Shown here: one piece after another, positions 1 to 11,964 of the stretch
How the letters are laid out: each line of letters begins with the position of its first letter
Numbering within the stretch: the first letter of the stretch is position 1
Assembly: GCA_001600695.1 (NCBI GenBank)
Contig: BCKQ01000008.1
Location: 70,453 to 134,452 of the forward strand
DNA length: 64,000 nt
From: Ascoidea asiatica JCM 7603
Taxonomy: Eukaryota; Fungi; Ascomycota
Reading direction: 5' to 3'
Notes under the pieces: model-generated
Told to the model about the DNA's origin: nothing
Seen by the model: the letters and a program-made list of their open reading frames with translations, nothing else
The model's database searches: none
Position numbers and translations under genes: made by a program

Positions 1-1802
1 TTAATATAAGGATATTTTATCGGAGAAATCTTTAAGGAAGAAGAAATTGTGGGAGTTAAAATATGATCTAAGAACTTTTCATTATTTCTTAATTTTCGTG
101 GTCTTTTTTTCCCCTGTTTTTCATTAGATTTCTGTAATTTATTTGATTTATGAGACTTATGTGATTTATTTGATTTATTTGATTTATTTGATTTATTTGA
201 TTTATGTGATTTATGTGATTTCTGAGATTTAGAAAACTTATTATAATTATATAATTTATTAGAATTAATAAAATTTGGAGAGATTTCAGATTTTGTTGAT
301 TTTAAAGATTTATTTGAATTATCAGAAATATTGAATAAAAGATTTGGAGTAGAGCTAAAATGAGATAAATTTGAGTTATTCAAATAATGTATAGAATATT
401 GAGATCTTTTTGGAGGATAATAATAAGAAGGAGAAACTATTGAAGAAGATGAAGATGAAGATGAAGATGATGATGATGAATAAGATGAAAAGGATCTGGA
501 AGGAGATAAAGAAGATAAAGATATAGAAGAAGAAGAAGATAAAGGTAATGAAGAAAATGAATGAGATCTAATTTTAGTTAAATTTGATTTTAAATTATTA
601 AATTGATTAGTTAAATTATTTAATTGATTATTAAAATTATTAATTTGATTTGAATACATTTCATTTTCTTTTTTTAAATTATCAATAATTATTAAATCAT
701 TATTTGAATCTCTTTTTAAATTATTAACATTTGAATTTAAATTTAAATTTGATTCAATAAAATTTAAATGATTTAAATTTTTTGAATTTTCAAGATTTAA
801 ATTAATTAATTGATTATTTTTAATATTTAATTTATTAATTAATAAATTTTGTTCATTTTCTAAATTTAAAATTATTTCATCTCTATATTTTAATTCATTT
901 TGAAAATTTTGAAAAATTATATCAAAATTTAAATTATTATTATTAGTAGTAGTAGTATTAGTGTTGGTATTATTATTATTATTAGTTGATAATGAAGAAG
1001 ATGAAAGATTACTTGAAATATCACTATCAGAAGATATAGATAAAATATTTTGATTCTTAATTTTATTTATATTATTAGCATTTATATCATTTATAACATT
1101 TTTATTTATGAGTAATTCATTTTGATTAATTATTATATTTGAATCATCATAAGATATATTTATATTATTATTTATATTATTATTTACATTATTTATATCG
1201 GCGGTTAAATTATTTTTTATATCATTTTCTAAGTTAATTTCAGTATTAATTTCTTTACTATTATTATCATCATTATTATTATTATCATTATTATGATAAT
1301 TATTATTGTGATCTTTGATGGTATTTTTATTATTATTATTTTGATTTGATAAAATATTATTTGATTGACAATTAATTAGATCATCAAATAAATTTAAGAA
1401 ATCAAATTTATTTAAATAAATGATTTTATTATTATTAATATTATTATTATTATTAATATTTAAGTTATCAAGATAAAGTTGAATTAAATCTCTTGAATTT
1501 TTATTTAATAAAGAATATTTATTTAATTTCATTGTTATTTCTAGTATATCTATTAAATTTAATAATTCCTTGATTGAAATTTTACCTAAATTATTAAAAT
1601 CAATTTTTGACCATGCTTGATCAATTATTGAAGTATCCAATTTTGAATTTGATATGATTTTATTGTCATTTTTATAATTGTTATCATTGTTATCATTGTT
1701 ATCATTATTCTCATTGAATTCATTTAGTTCATTATTGTTTAAATCATTATTTGTAGGATCATTTGAAATTGTCGGAAGCAGAGATATTTCTATTTCAGTC
1801 AT
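1..1802 (-). CDS. Mps2/Csm4-like spindle-pole-body/nuclear-envelope coiled-coil protein (3' end runs off the window)
   Basis: ATG at 1802-1800. Frame is open in the segments I translated (start, ~600-660, 3-200) and reaches the window edge, which explains its absence from the ORF track. N-terminal IIDQAWSKIDFNNLGKISIKELLNLIDILE resembles the Mps2 N-terminal motif (AWGQID...IYGKDLPKLIEIIE), followed by coiled-coil and S/NKS-repeat regions. Confidence 0.55.
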   Translation of the reverse strand, partial: MTEIEISLLPTISNDPTNNDLNNNELNEFNENNDNNDNNDNNYKNDNKIISNSKLDTSIIDQAWSKIDFNNLGKISIKELLNLIDILEITMKLNKYSLLNKNSRDLIQLYLDNLNINNNNNINNNKIIYLNKFDFLNLFDDLINCQSNNILSNQNNNNKNTIKDHNNNYHNNDNNNNDDNNSKEINTEINLENDIKNNLTADINNVNNNINNNINISYDDSNIIINQNELLINKNVINDINANNINKIKNQNILSISSDSDISSNLSSSSLSTNNNNNTNTNTTTTNNNNLNFDIIFQNFQNELKYRDEIILNLENEQNLLINKLNIKNNQLINLNLENSKNLNHLNFIESNLNLNSNVNNLKRDSNNDLIIIDNLKKENEMYSNQINNFNNQLNNLTNQFNNLKSNLTKIRSHSFSSLPLSSSSSISLSSLSPSRSFSSYSSSSSSSSSSSSSIVSPSYYYPPKRSQYSIHYLNNSNLSHFSSTPNLLFNISDNSNKSLKSTKSEISPNFINSNKLYNYNKFSKSQKSHKSHKSNKSNKSNKSNKSHKSHKSNKLQKSNEKQGKKRPRKLRNNEKFLDHILTPTISSSLKISPIKYPYI

Positions 1803-2914
1803 CTGTTAATTGAAATAGAAGATATAAAAAGAAAAAGAAAAAGAAAAAGAAAAAGATATTTGATATATGATAACTAATGATGGCTATTGTGATTGATTAT
1901 TTGATTTATGATGATTTAATAAAATTGACAAGAATATTAATATAAAAGAAGTTGAGTAAAATAAAAAAAACAAACAATAACAATAATAAATAGCAGGTGA
2001 ACCAGTTAGGGCCAAGTATAGATTTATGTGAAATAAAACTGAGACTAAAATAAAGGTGTGATTCAGAGTGACTGAGAATATTCAGTAAAGTTACTCAGCT
2101 CTTGACCTGATCTTCAGTACTGGAACTAGAACTTGGGCTAGAATCAGAATCAGAATCAGAAGTAGAAGTAGAATTAGAATTAGAATTAGAATCAAAGGCA
2201 GCAGAGGCAGCAGAGGCAGCAGAAAGATCATCAGCAAGTGAAAGTGAACAGGCAGCGCTACGAGCTCCACCACCACCACCACCACCAACACCACGCGCAG
2301 CAGTCGCAACAGTCGCAGTCGTAGCCGTTGCATTTGAATTTGCATTTGAATTTGCATTTGAATTTGCATTTGCATTTGCATTTGAATCTGAACGTTGCAA
2401 GTCAAAGAAACAAACGAGCACCGCGTGGAGCACAGCACTCCAGCGTCTCTGAATGTGATCCGCTGTGTGACCAATAACTTTAAATAATAGCCTCCGCGCA
2501 CATGGACTCATAGAGGTCACATGCTTAGCTCCGTATTAATGGTCTCTAACTAGTCACATGTAAGCACTGCCATTTATCTGGTCTTTTACTAGTCATGTGC
2601 CATTTGTTTACTTATTTGTTTATTGTTTATTGTTTGTCTGTTTATTTGTTTTTTTGTTTGTTGATTTTCGTGTTTGTTGAATTGCCGCTGGCTCTGGACT
2701 GGCCCACGGAGCTGTTCCCACGAAGCCCACAGAGCTTGAGTAAAGTGACTGTAAACGGTAATCAGTGAATAATCCTCCTTTATTTAATGCAATCAATCCA
2801 TTCAATAATATATTTATTACTCTTTTCTATCTTAAACTCCAACATCTGCCTTTTTTATCTCCATACCAACATAATTTAATAATCTCTTGAATATATTTCT
2901 TAAACTTTGCTACA

Positions 2915-4762
2915 ATGTCTGATACCAAATCAAATATCATTCAATCTCATCTACATTCTCAATCTGAATCTCAAATTGAATCTCAAATTGATTCTCAAAT
3001 TGATTCTCAAATTGAATCTCAGCTGGATGATAGTGACAGTGATTCTGTTGCCAGTGTTCAATCAATTCCAATAGATTCTCAAATTGAAGATATTCAAGAA
3101 ATACAAGAACTAGAACAGATACAACAAATACAAGATATTCAAGAAAATCAAGATAATCAAGATAATCAAGATAATCAAGATATTCAAGATAATCAAGATA
3201 TTCAAGATATTCATGAAATCAAAGATACTCAACCCACTCAACCCACTCAACCCACTCAACCCACTCAACCCACTCAACCCACTCAACCCACTCAACCCAC
3301 TCAACCCACTCAGGAAACTCAAGACATTCAAGATATTGAAGATATTCAAAATATAAATAATATTCATAACATCCAAAACATTAATGATAATCAAGACATT
3401 AATGATACTAAAACTAATAAGGATTTTGAAGATAATTTAGAAACTGAAAAGATTTTAAACATTAAGAATAATAATATCAACAAAAAAAAATTTAAAAATA
3501 ATAATGATAATCAAGATAATGAAAGTGATGAATTAAGTGATTTAGATGATGATTTCATGTCTGCTGCTGAAAATAATGATCAACAATTTAATCAAAAAAC
3601 AACAAATGCTTTAATTAATTTAAACTCAAATTCAAATTCAAATACAAATTCAAATTCAAACACTTTAATACCAAAATATAATACTTTTTATAATTCAATT
3701 AAAAAAAAAAAATTGAATTTTTTTCTTTTTGATAATTCTATTGAAAATTCAAATTTAGAAAATTTAATTCTTTTAAATAATGGTAATTTAATTAAAAATA
3801 ATAATATAAATTTATCAAATGAATTATTTTTATTAAAAAATAAAAATTTATTAATTGATTTAATTATAATTTCAAAATTTTTTAATAAAAATTTTTCAAC
3901 TTATAATCCAAATTTTATTAATAATTCAATTATTAATCATATTCAACAAAATTTATCATCTTATAAAAATTTACCTTTAAATGATATAAATGATATAAAT
4001 GATATAAATGATATAAATGATATAAATAATATAAAAATAATTCAATTTAATTCAAATAATTCAGATAATTCAGATAATAATGATATTCAAATTATTGATA
4101 TTAATAATCCAGAAGAAAGATTACCAAATATAAATAGAGTTAATCAAATTAAACGTGTAAATAAAAAATATAATAAAAATGAATTTACTCAAGAAGAAGA
4201 TTCAATAATAATTGATCAAATTAAAAAAAATCCAAAAAAAAGAGGTAGTCATAAATTTTTTGATAATTTAGCTAAAAATTTCTTACAAAAACATACTGGT
4301 AATTCAATTCGTTATAGATTTAGAAATGTACTTTCAAAAGATTTAAATTATGTTTATAATGATAATTTATCTTTCATTATTAATATTTCTGATGTTCCTT
4401 TAGCTCAAAGAGTTAAATTTAATGCTAATGATGATTATAATTTATCAACACATATTATTTCTTATCTTAATAAAAAATATAATAATAATAATCATAATGA
4501 TATAACTGATTTATCAAGTAATGGAGAAAATAAAAGTACAGTTTATAAAGTTGATGAAAGAAATCAATTTTCTTTACCAAGTGTACCATTAAGTTTCTTT
4601 GATGATTTTAGTAAAAAAAATAATAATCATTCAAAATTTGCTTGGAAAGATAGATATAGAAAATTTATTTTAAAAAATGGAGTTATTAATTATATTAATT
4701 ATTATGAAAATGAAATTAATAATAATAGAGTACCAATAGAAGCTAGAAAAGATTTATTAATC

Positions 4763-4793
<31 letters not shown>

Positions 4794-5857
4794 GTACTAA
4801 TAAGAAAACTGTCAAAAAAAGAAAAAGATCAAATATTACTAAAAATACTAATTCTGAAACTAATACTGATACTAATGCAAACATTAACAAGGATATTAAT
4901 TCTGATAAAACATATGATAAATCTTTAGATCAAATTATAACTACTAATTTATCTGATAATATTTCAAATGATTTATTAAATGAAAACAATAATATCAATA
5001 TTAATGACAACAATAATGATAATGATAATGATCACGATAATGATAATGACAATGACTTATCTAATGATATTGAACTTGTAACTCAACTACAAAATGGTAT
5101 TCAACAAGAACTTGAAAAACAAAAAAATAATATTAAAGAAAATAATAATGATAATAATAATAATGATAATATTACCAATCTTGATAATATGGATGATATT
5201 GATTCAAATATAGCACCTGCTTTAAAAAAAGTAAAACGTAATGATTTTCCCCCAATTTTAATTGATATAGATAACTTTGAACATTCAAATACTATTGATC
5301 AAACGGAAAATAATGACAATAATAGCAACAATAATAACACTGATAAAAACAATAATGATGATAATAATATTGATGATTTTTCTTCAATTCCACTCAGATC
5401 TTCATTATCAACAGAAATTTTAAAAAAAGTTGAAAAAAATTTCACTCAATCTTTTCTAAATAATTCACTAAATTATAATTTAAGAAACATTAGAGAAGTA
5501 ATTAAAAATACTTCAAATAAATCACTTGCATTTGATTTTTTAAAATCAATTAGTGATGAAATTGGATTAAATTTAGATTTTGCAAATGAAATGGCAATTA
5601 ATTGTTCAGGTAGCAAGCATTTGTTTTCAACATATATAGAAAATGTTTTAAAAACTGGTGATTGTCCACCAAAAAACATTAAAGGTATATTCAATCCAGA
5701 AGATGAATATCTTTTTAAAGATTTAATTCATGATTATGATAAAGTTAAAGAGGATGAAGAATTTAATTTTATAATTGAAAATCTTAAAATGTTTCATGGT
5801 AAACACTATTTTGATAAAAGGAAGAAATTTTTTAATAAATTAGCAAATAAAAATTAA
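2915..5857 (+). CDS. RAP1: Repressor/activator protein 1 (BRCT-like region, tandem Myb domains, RCT C-terminal domain)
   Basis: Myb motif FTQEEDSIIIDQIKKNP...HTGNSIRYRFRNVL; second Myb KFNANDDYNL...HSKFAWKDRYRKF; RCT-like PPKNIKGIFNPEDE...FHGKHYFDKRKKFF. Confidence 0.93.
3227..3312 (+). repeat. Perfect 9-bp tandem repeat (ACTCAACCC)x9.5 encoding TQP repeats in Rap1
   Basis: Read directly from the sequence. Confidence 0.97.
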
Positions 5858-5883
5858 GTTTTTTTGATGTTTTCAATAATAAA

Positions 5884-7581
5884 TTAAAATGAATTATTTA
5901 ATTTAAATAGTTCATTCAAACTTTCACTGTAATTACTTCTATAATTAATGTCTTTTACTATTTCTTTTCGCCTTTTCAATATGGATAATATTTTGGTAAT
6001 ATTTTGTTTATTAAACTTAAAATTTTTTAAGTTTTCAGAAAATTTAAATAATTGATTCATAATCTCTAATCTTATTAAAGTATCTATTCTGAAAGTTTCA
6101 TTTTGATTAATATTCAGATTATTGTTATTAATTGATTTATAAAAAATAGATAAGATTTTTGAAAAAGATTGAATCATATCAGTATCACTAGGATCATAAT
6201 TTAAAATTAAATTAAAATTCTTTTCTGAAGAAGAAATCACTTCATTTTTATTTTTTTCAATTAAGGGAGTATTCATTGATAGAATGAAATTGAAATTGTT
6301 AATTTTATTAATATTAATATTTTCCTCAGTTTCATTAAGTTCATTATTTTCAATAAGATTTAACTTATTAAATTGAGTATAATCTAATGGAATTATATTA
6401 AATTTAAATTGAATAAAATCTCTGAAAGTTTTGATAATTTGATAAAAATGATAATTAATTAGGTTATGTAATCTTTCCTGAACTAAGTCAGAATTAAAAT
6501 AATCATTTGATGAATAAATTAAATAAAAATTCAAATTTAAAACTAAAACAGTTGAATTATCATTATTTAATAAGGTTTCATTATTTAGTGAAGTTTTATT
6601 ATTTAAGGAAGTTTCATCTTCAAATGAAACTGGATAGTAATTTAAAATTGAATAAGTATTTAAAATTTCTAATAATTGAGTATAATTTTTATTCAAAAGA
6701 TTATACTCAAATGAAAAAGAATTTGATAAAATTGTTTGAGTTATATAATAAGGTAAATCATTATTATTGATTGTTATTAAAGTATAATATAAAATACTTT
6801 GTCTTTTGAATTGATCAATATAAATACCTAATTGATCATCTTTATCATAATTTGAATGATTATTATCATTATCATTATCATCTTCATTTTCATTATTATC
6901 AAATTCATTGAACTTAAATTCTTTATTGTTCAAAATTAAACTATTCGAACCCTCAGAATTAGATAAACCATCAGATAATTTATCTTGTTCATAATTCATA
7001 TTCAATAAAATTAAATCTACGAAATAATTATTTATTTCTTCTTCATCATTGATCATAAAATCTAATTGGTTTGAAATTATTGATCTATCAGGTTTAATAT
7101 TTTTTGGGTCAAATATAGTTAAGTTGAAATTTAAATCAATTAAATTCTGAGTGTTTTTATTTTTAATTTCATGATTAATTTGAAATTGAGTTGCAAGATT
7201 TAAATCTGGATAAGTTATATTATCTATTGAATTAAGGAATATTGGAATATTGAAATGTAAATCTTTTAAAGAATTATTATAATTTGATAACTTCTCTATT
7301 AATTCATTACTTGCGTAATTCAAGTTGTTGTGATGGTATATCTGAAAAATAATTGAAACTATTGAAACTATTAGAGATAGTAATAACACTAGCTGAAATG
7401 AATTATCACCTCGTTTCCTACCCTGAGCACCTTGAACATTAGTTGCTTCTGTAGCTTGACCATTAGTTGTCTCAATAGCTTGACTATTAGTTGCTACTGT
7501 AGCTTGACCATTAGTTATCTCTGTTGACTGGTCATTGATTGCCTCTGTAGCGGAGTGTTCTTGTTCTCGAATTTCTTCCAT
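5884..7581 (-). CDS. GPI transamidase subunit PIG-S/Gpi17-like protein, divergent, lacking the C-terminal TM helix
   Basis: First ATG at 7581 (the track start at 7623 is GTG). One N-terminal TM (FQLVLLLSLIVSIVSIIFQIY), then DLHFNIPIFL...YPDLNLATQFQINH, matching Gpi17 DIHLVIPVYV...FPDVHDAIQVQVNH. Confidence 0.6.
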   Translation of the reverse strand: MEEIREQEHSATEAINDQSTEITNGQATVATNSQAIETTNGQATEATNVQGAQGRKRGDNSFQLVLLLSLIVSIVSIIFQIYHHNNLNYASNELIEKLSNYNNSLKDLHFNIPIFLNSIDNITYPDLNLATQFQINHEIKNKNTQNLIDLNFNLTIFDPKNIKPDRSIISNQLDFMINDEEEINNYFVDLILLNMNYEQDKLSDGLSNSEGSNSLILNNKEFKFNEFDNNENEDDNDNDNNHSNYDKDDQLGIYIDQFKRQSILYYTLITINNNDLPYYITQTILSNSFSFEYNLLNKNYTQLLEILNTYSILNYYPVSFEDETSLNNKTSLNNETLLNNDNSTVLVLNLNFYLIYSSNDYFNSDLVQERLHNLINYHFYQIIKTFRDFIQFKFNIIPLDYTQFNKLNLIENNELNETEENININKINNFNFILSMNTPLIEKNKNEVISSSEKNFNLILNYDPSDTDMIQSFSKILSIFYKSINNNNLNINQNETFRIDTLIRLEIMNQLFKFSENLKNFKFNKQNITKILSILKRRKEIVKDINYRSNYSESLNELFKLNNSF

Positions 7582-7861
7582 ATTTTCTTCCTGGGCCTCG
7601 ACTTTCTTTTCCAATTCTATCACAAATTATTTTCTCTGATTGTCTTTAAAATTTAAACCTTCTTTTTATTTTCTTTTATTTTTTGCTTGGGAATTAAAAC
7701 AAACAAACAAACAAATAAACAAACTCAATTACAAAAAAGAAGAACATCCACAAACTTGGCTTCAAACAAAGAGCTCCATTATTCTGGTCTCTACCAGGTG
7801 TATGGATGCTACCACCGCAATGGTTACATGATTGCTTCCAGGTTTTTGGTCTCGTCTTGTT

Positions 7862-7899
7862 AGAGCCCTAACTTGCTATTTTAGGGCTCTGTTGCCACC
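7862..7899. promoter_or_regulatory. Inverted TTAGGG (Tbf1-type) pair plus adjacent PACE/Rpn4-type site in the GPI17-like/CCT2 divergent promoter
   Basis: AGAGCCCTAA (7862-7871), 9-nt spacer, TTAGGGCTCT (7881-7890) form a perfect inverted repeat. TTGCCACC (7892-7899) is GGTGGCAA on the minus strand. Confidence 0.6.
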
Positions 7900-8148
7900 T
7901 GACATTTATATCATCATAACAATTGACAATAATCGTGAAATTTTGAGATTGATTGACTTTTTGTTTATAATTTTCAATAGTGGAAAAAAAATAATGTGAA
8001 TTTTGGAAGAATTGTGTCAATAGAATTTGGAGAAGGAAGTGTTTGATTTGAATAATTTGTAAAGTCTATTAATTGGTAATCAATCAATCACTTAATCAAT
8101 CATAATCTAAATATAATTAACTTATAATTAATTTAATAAATACTAATA

Positions 8149-9741
8149 ATGTCAGTGAATATTTTTGGAGATCAAGTAACTGAAGAAAGAGCAGAAAATG
8201 CTCGTCTTTCTGCATTTATTGGAGCAATTGCAGTTGGAGATTTAGTTAAATCAACTTTAGGACCAAAAGGAATGGATAAATTATTACAAAGTGCTTCAAC
8301 TCAAGAAGCTTTAATTACAAATGATGGTGCAACAATATTAAAATCAATACCTTTAGATAATCCAAGTGCAAAAGTTTTAGTTAATTTATCAAAAGTACAA
8401 GATGATTTAATTGGTGATGGTACAACTTCAGTTACAATTTTAGCAGCAGAATTATTAAGAGAAGCAGAATTATTAATAAATAAAAAAATTCATCCACAAA
8501 CAATTATTGAAGGTTATAGAATTGCTTCAAAACAAGCTTTAATTGCTTTAAATAATGTTTCAATTGATAATATTAATAATCCAGAAATTTTTAAAAAAGA
8601 TTTAATTAATATTTCAAATACAACTTTATCATCAAAAATTTTATCACAAGATAAAAATCATTTTTCAAAATTAGCTGTTGATGCAATTTTAAGATTAAAA
8701 GGTTCAACAAATTTAGATCAAATTCAAATTATTAAAATTGTTGGAGGTAAATTAAATGATTCATATCTTGATAATGGTTTTGTTTTAAAAAAAAAATTTG
8801 GTATAAATCAACCAAAATTAATTAAAAATTGTAATATTTTAATTGCAAATACTTCAATGGATGCTGATAAAGTTAAAATATTTGGTGCAAAATTTAAAGT
8901 TTCTTCAACAAGTAAATTAGCAGATTTAGAAAAAGCAGAAAAATTAAAAATGGCAAAAAAAGTTTTAACAATAAGAAAAAATTTTAATAAAATTAATTGT
9001 TTTATTAATAGACAATTAATTTATGATTATCCAGAACAATTATTTACAGATAATAATATAAATTCTATAGAACATGCAGATTTTGAAGGTATTGAAAGAT
9101 TAGCATTTGTTACAGGAGGACAAGTTGCTTCAACATTTGATAATCCAGAAAAAATTCAATTAGGATATTGTGAAAAAATTGAAGAAATTATGATTGGTGA
9201 AGAAACTTTTATTAAATTTTCTGGTGTTAAAAAGGGAGAAGCTTGTACAATTATATTAAGAGGAGCAACAAAACAAACATTAGATGAAGCAGAAAGATCA
9301 TTACATGATGCATTATCAGTTTTATCACAAACTACAAAAAATTCTAAAACTGTTTTAGGTGGAGGATGTTCAGAAATGATAATGTCAAAAGCTGTTGATG
9401 AAATTGCACAAAAGCAAGAAGGTAAAAAACAATTAGCAGTTGAAGCATTTGCAAGAGCTTTAAGACAATTACCAACAATTTTAGCAGATAATGCAGGATT
9501 AGATTCAAGTGAATTGGTAAGTAAATTAAGAAGTGCAATTTATAATGGTATGTATACATCCGGATTAAATTTAGATGATGGTACAGTTGATGATATGAGA
9601 CAATTAGGTATTGTTGAAAGTTATAGATTAAAATATCATGTTGTTAATTCGGCAACTGAAGCTGCCGAAGTTTTATTAAGAGTTGATAATATTATTCGTG
9701 CAAAACCAAGAACTGCAGATAGAAATAGAGGACCAATGTAA
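8149..9741 (+). CDS. CCT2: T-complex protein 1 subunit beta (CCT/TRiC chaperonin)
   Basis: [49 protein letters not shown] and C-terminal [12 protein letters not shown]. Confidence 0.98.
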   Translation: MSVNIFGDQVTEERAENARLSAFIGAIAVGDLVKSTLGPKGMDKLLQSASTQEALITNDGATILKSIPLDNPSAKVLVNLSKVQDDLIGDGTTSVTILAAELLREAELLINKKIHPQTIIEGYRIASKQALIALNNVSIDNINNPEIFKKDLINISNTTLSSKILSQDKNHFSKLAVDAILRLKGSTNLDQIQIIKIVGGKLNDSYLDNGFVLKKKFGINQPKLIKNCNILIANTSMDADKVKIFGAKFKVSSTSKLADLEKAEKLKMAKKVLTIRKNFNKINCFINRQLIYDYPEQLFTDNNINSIEHADFEGIERLAFVTGGQVASTFDNPEKIQLGYCEKIEEIMIGEETFIKFSGVKKGEACTIILRGATKQTLDEAERSLHDALSVLSQTTKNSKTVLGGGCSEMIMSKAVDEIAQKQEGKKQLAVEAFARALRQLPTILADNAGLDSSELVSKLRSAIYNGMYTSGLNLDDGTVDDMRQLGIVESYRLKYHVVNSATEAAEVLLRVDNIIRAKPRTADRNRGPM

Positions 9742-10410
9742 TAAATGAACTCATACATCATAAAGAAGTTTGATTTTATAGATCTTATAAGTTAAATACA
9801 CTATTGAAATTTGTAAAAAAGGTATTTTAAAATATTATTGAATAGAAATAAATTCAATTCCTGTAGTAAAACTCGAGAATAATTTAATTCTTCCATTTCT
9901 TATATTCCACAAAATACTCTTCTTCATCTGTTTATTATCTTTCTCTTGACTTGTTTCTGTTGTATTTGAGCTTTCTAAAGACGATTTCTTCAACCTAAAA
10001 GCAAAAACATCAAATGAATTGAAAGAGAATACTACAGATAAATGGCTGATGAAGTGACGAATTGATTATTCTGTTCTGTTGTTTGAATAAACCCAAATCA
10101 ACCCACCATCATCATCATCATCTTCTTCTTCTTCTTCTTGTTTCTCTTTCTCTTCTTTATCTTCTTGTTTCTGTTGTTGTTGGCGTGTCGTTTGGAGCTC
10201 GCGTTTGTTTTTGCTTTGTTTTTGCTTTGCTGCTCGTTTCCACGCTGCGATTTCAGTTCCCACGCCAATTCCAGCCCCACGCCAGAAACAGATCCAAAAC
10301 CAGCATAAAAACAGAACTTGAACAGAAATGCAAATAAAGGATCAGGAATTATTTAATTGAATTGAACATTGTATTATATTATTGTATTATATTATTGTTT
10401 ATTTAGTGTA

Positions 10411-10446
<36 letters not shown>

Positions 10447-10841
10447 TATCATTGTTGTCGAGTATTTCAGATACATCAAATAGTCACCTTCAGCCTTCTG
10501 CTTCTCACTTCAAAACAATCCCAAACAAATCTGCAACTGACGGAGATTTCTCATTTTTGGTTTGTTTTCTTTTTCTGAGTTTGTTTTACAATTTGCACTT
10601 TCAGATCATTTTATTTCTGATAAAAGAAGAATCAGAAACTATTATCAGTCATTAACAACATTCACATATTTATCATTCACTGTTTATTATATATTCAGAT
10701 TCAATCGTTATCTTATCATATCATATTGTATCCCGTTTTTTTTCTCTATTATAATTCTATTTTTTTTCACTCATTTCAATACTCAAAAAATTATAAAATA
10801 AATTTAAAATAATTTCAAAATAATTTCGAAATAAAACTAAA

Positions 10842-11792
10842 ATGCCAGAAATAACAGATTATCAAAGACTTGAAAAAGTTGGTGAAGGTACTTATGGTGT
10901 TGTTTATAAAGCTTTAGATCTTAGACATAATAATAGAATTGTTGCTTTGAAAAAAATTCGTTTAGATTGGGAAGATGAAGGTGTACCATCAACTGCAATT
11001 AGAGAAATTTCTTTATTAAAAGAATTAAAAGATGATAATATTGTTAGATTATATGATATAGTTCATTCAGATTCTCATAAATTACATTTAGTTTTTGAAT
11101 TTTTAGATCTTGATTTAAAAAAATATATGGAAAGTATTCCTGTTGATCTTGGTTTAGGTCCAGATATGGTTAAAAGATTTATGATGCAATTAATTAAAGG
11201 TATATGTTATTGTCATTCTCATAGAATTTTACATAGAGATTTAAAACCACAAAATTTATTAATTGATAAAGAAGGTAATTTAAAATTAGGTGATTTTGGT
11301 TTAGCAAGAGCTTTTGGTGTACCTTTAAGAGGTTATACACATGAAGTTGTTACATTATGGTATAGAGCTCCAGAAATTTTATTAGGTGCAAAACAATATT
11401 CAACAGGTGTTGATATGTGGTCAATTGGAGCAATTTTTGCAGAAATGGTTAATAGAAAACCATTATTTCCAGGAGATTCAGAAATTGATCAAATTTTTTA
11501 TATTTTTAGATTATTAGGTACACCAAATGAAGAAATTTGGCCAGATATTAATTATTTACCAGATTTTAAACCAACATTTCCAAAATGGAATAAAAAAGAT
11601 TTAAAATTAGCTTTACCAACTTTAGATAATGATGGTATTAATTTAATTGAACAATTATTAGCTTATGATCCTTCAATTAGAATTAGTGCAAAAAGAGCTT
11701 TAATACATCCATATTTTATGGAAGATAATAATGATCAAAGAGATATATCTATGCAACATTCAATACCAATTGGTTCTTCTGTCTATAGTTAA
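10842..11792 (+). CDS. CDC28: Cyclin-dependent kinase 1
   Basis: [59 protein letters not shown]. Confidence 0.98.
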   Translation: MPEITDYQRLEKVGEGTYGVVYKALDLRHNNRIVALKKIRLDWEDEGVPSTAIREISLLKELKDDNIVRLYDIVHSDSHKLHLVFEFLDLDLKKYMESIPVDLGLGPDMVKRFMMQLIKGICYCHSHRILHRDLKPQNLLIDKEGNLKLGDFGLARAFGVPLRGYTHEVVTLWYRAPEILLGAKQYSTGVDMWSIGAIFAEMVNRKPLFPGDSEIDQIFYIFRLLGTPNEEIWPDINYLPDFKPTFPKWNKKDLKLALPTLDNDGINLIEQLLAYDPSIRISAKRALIHPYFMEDNNDQRDISMQHSIPIGSSVYS

Positions 11793-11964
11793 GAAACTCT
11801 ATAGTTAAGAAACTAAATTATTATTACATATATCATATTATATACATTATTTATATACAATAAATAATATGTATGTATTAGATAATTATGTATATAATAT
11901 ATAATATATATATATATATATACTGTATATATATAAGAAATTAGGTATTTAATAAATTTCTTAA

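Noticed and set aside
10062-10801. Short ORFs upstream of CDC28 (and at 13325-13569, 20986-21330, 23749-24205, 63138-63509)
   Set aside because: Mostly non-ATG starts, repeat-derived composition and no recognisable motifs; they lie in promoter regions.
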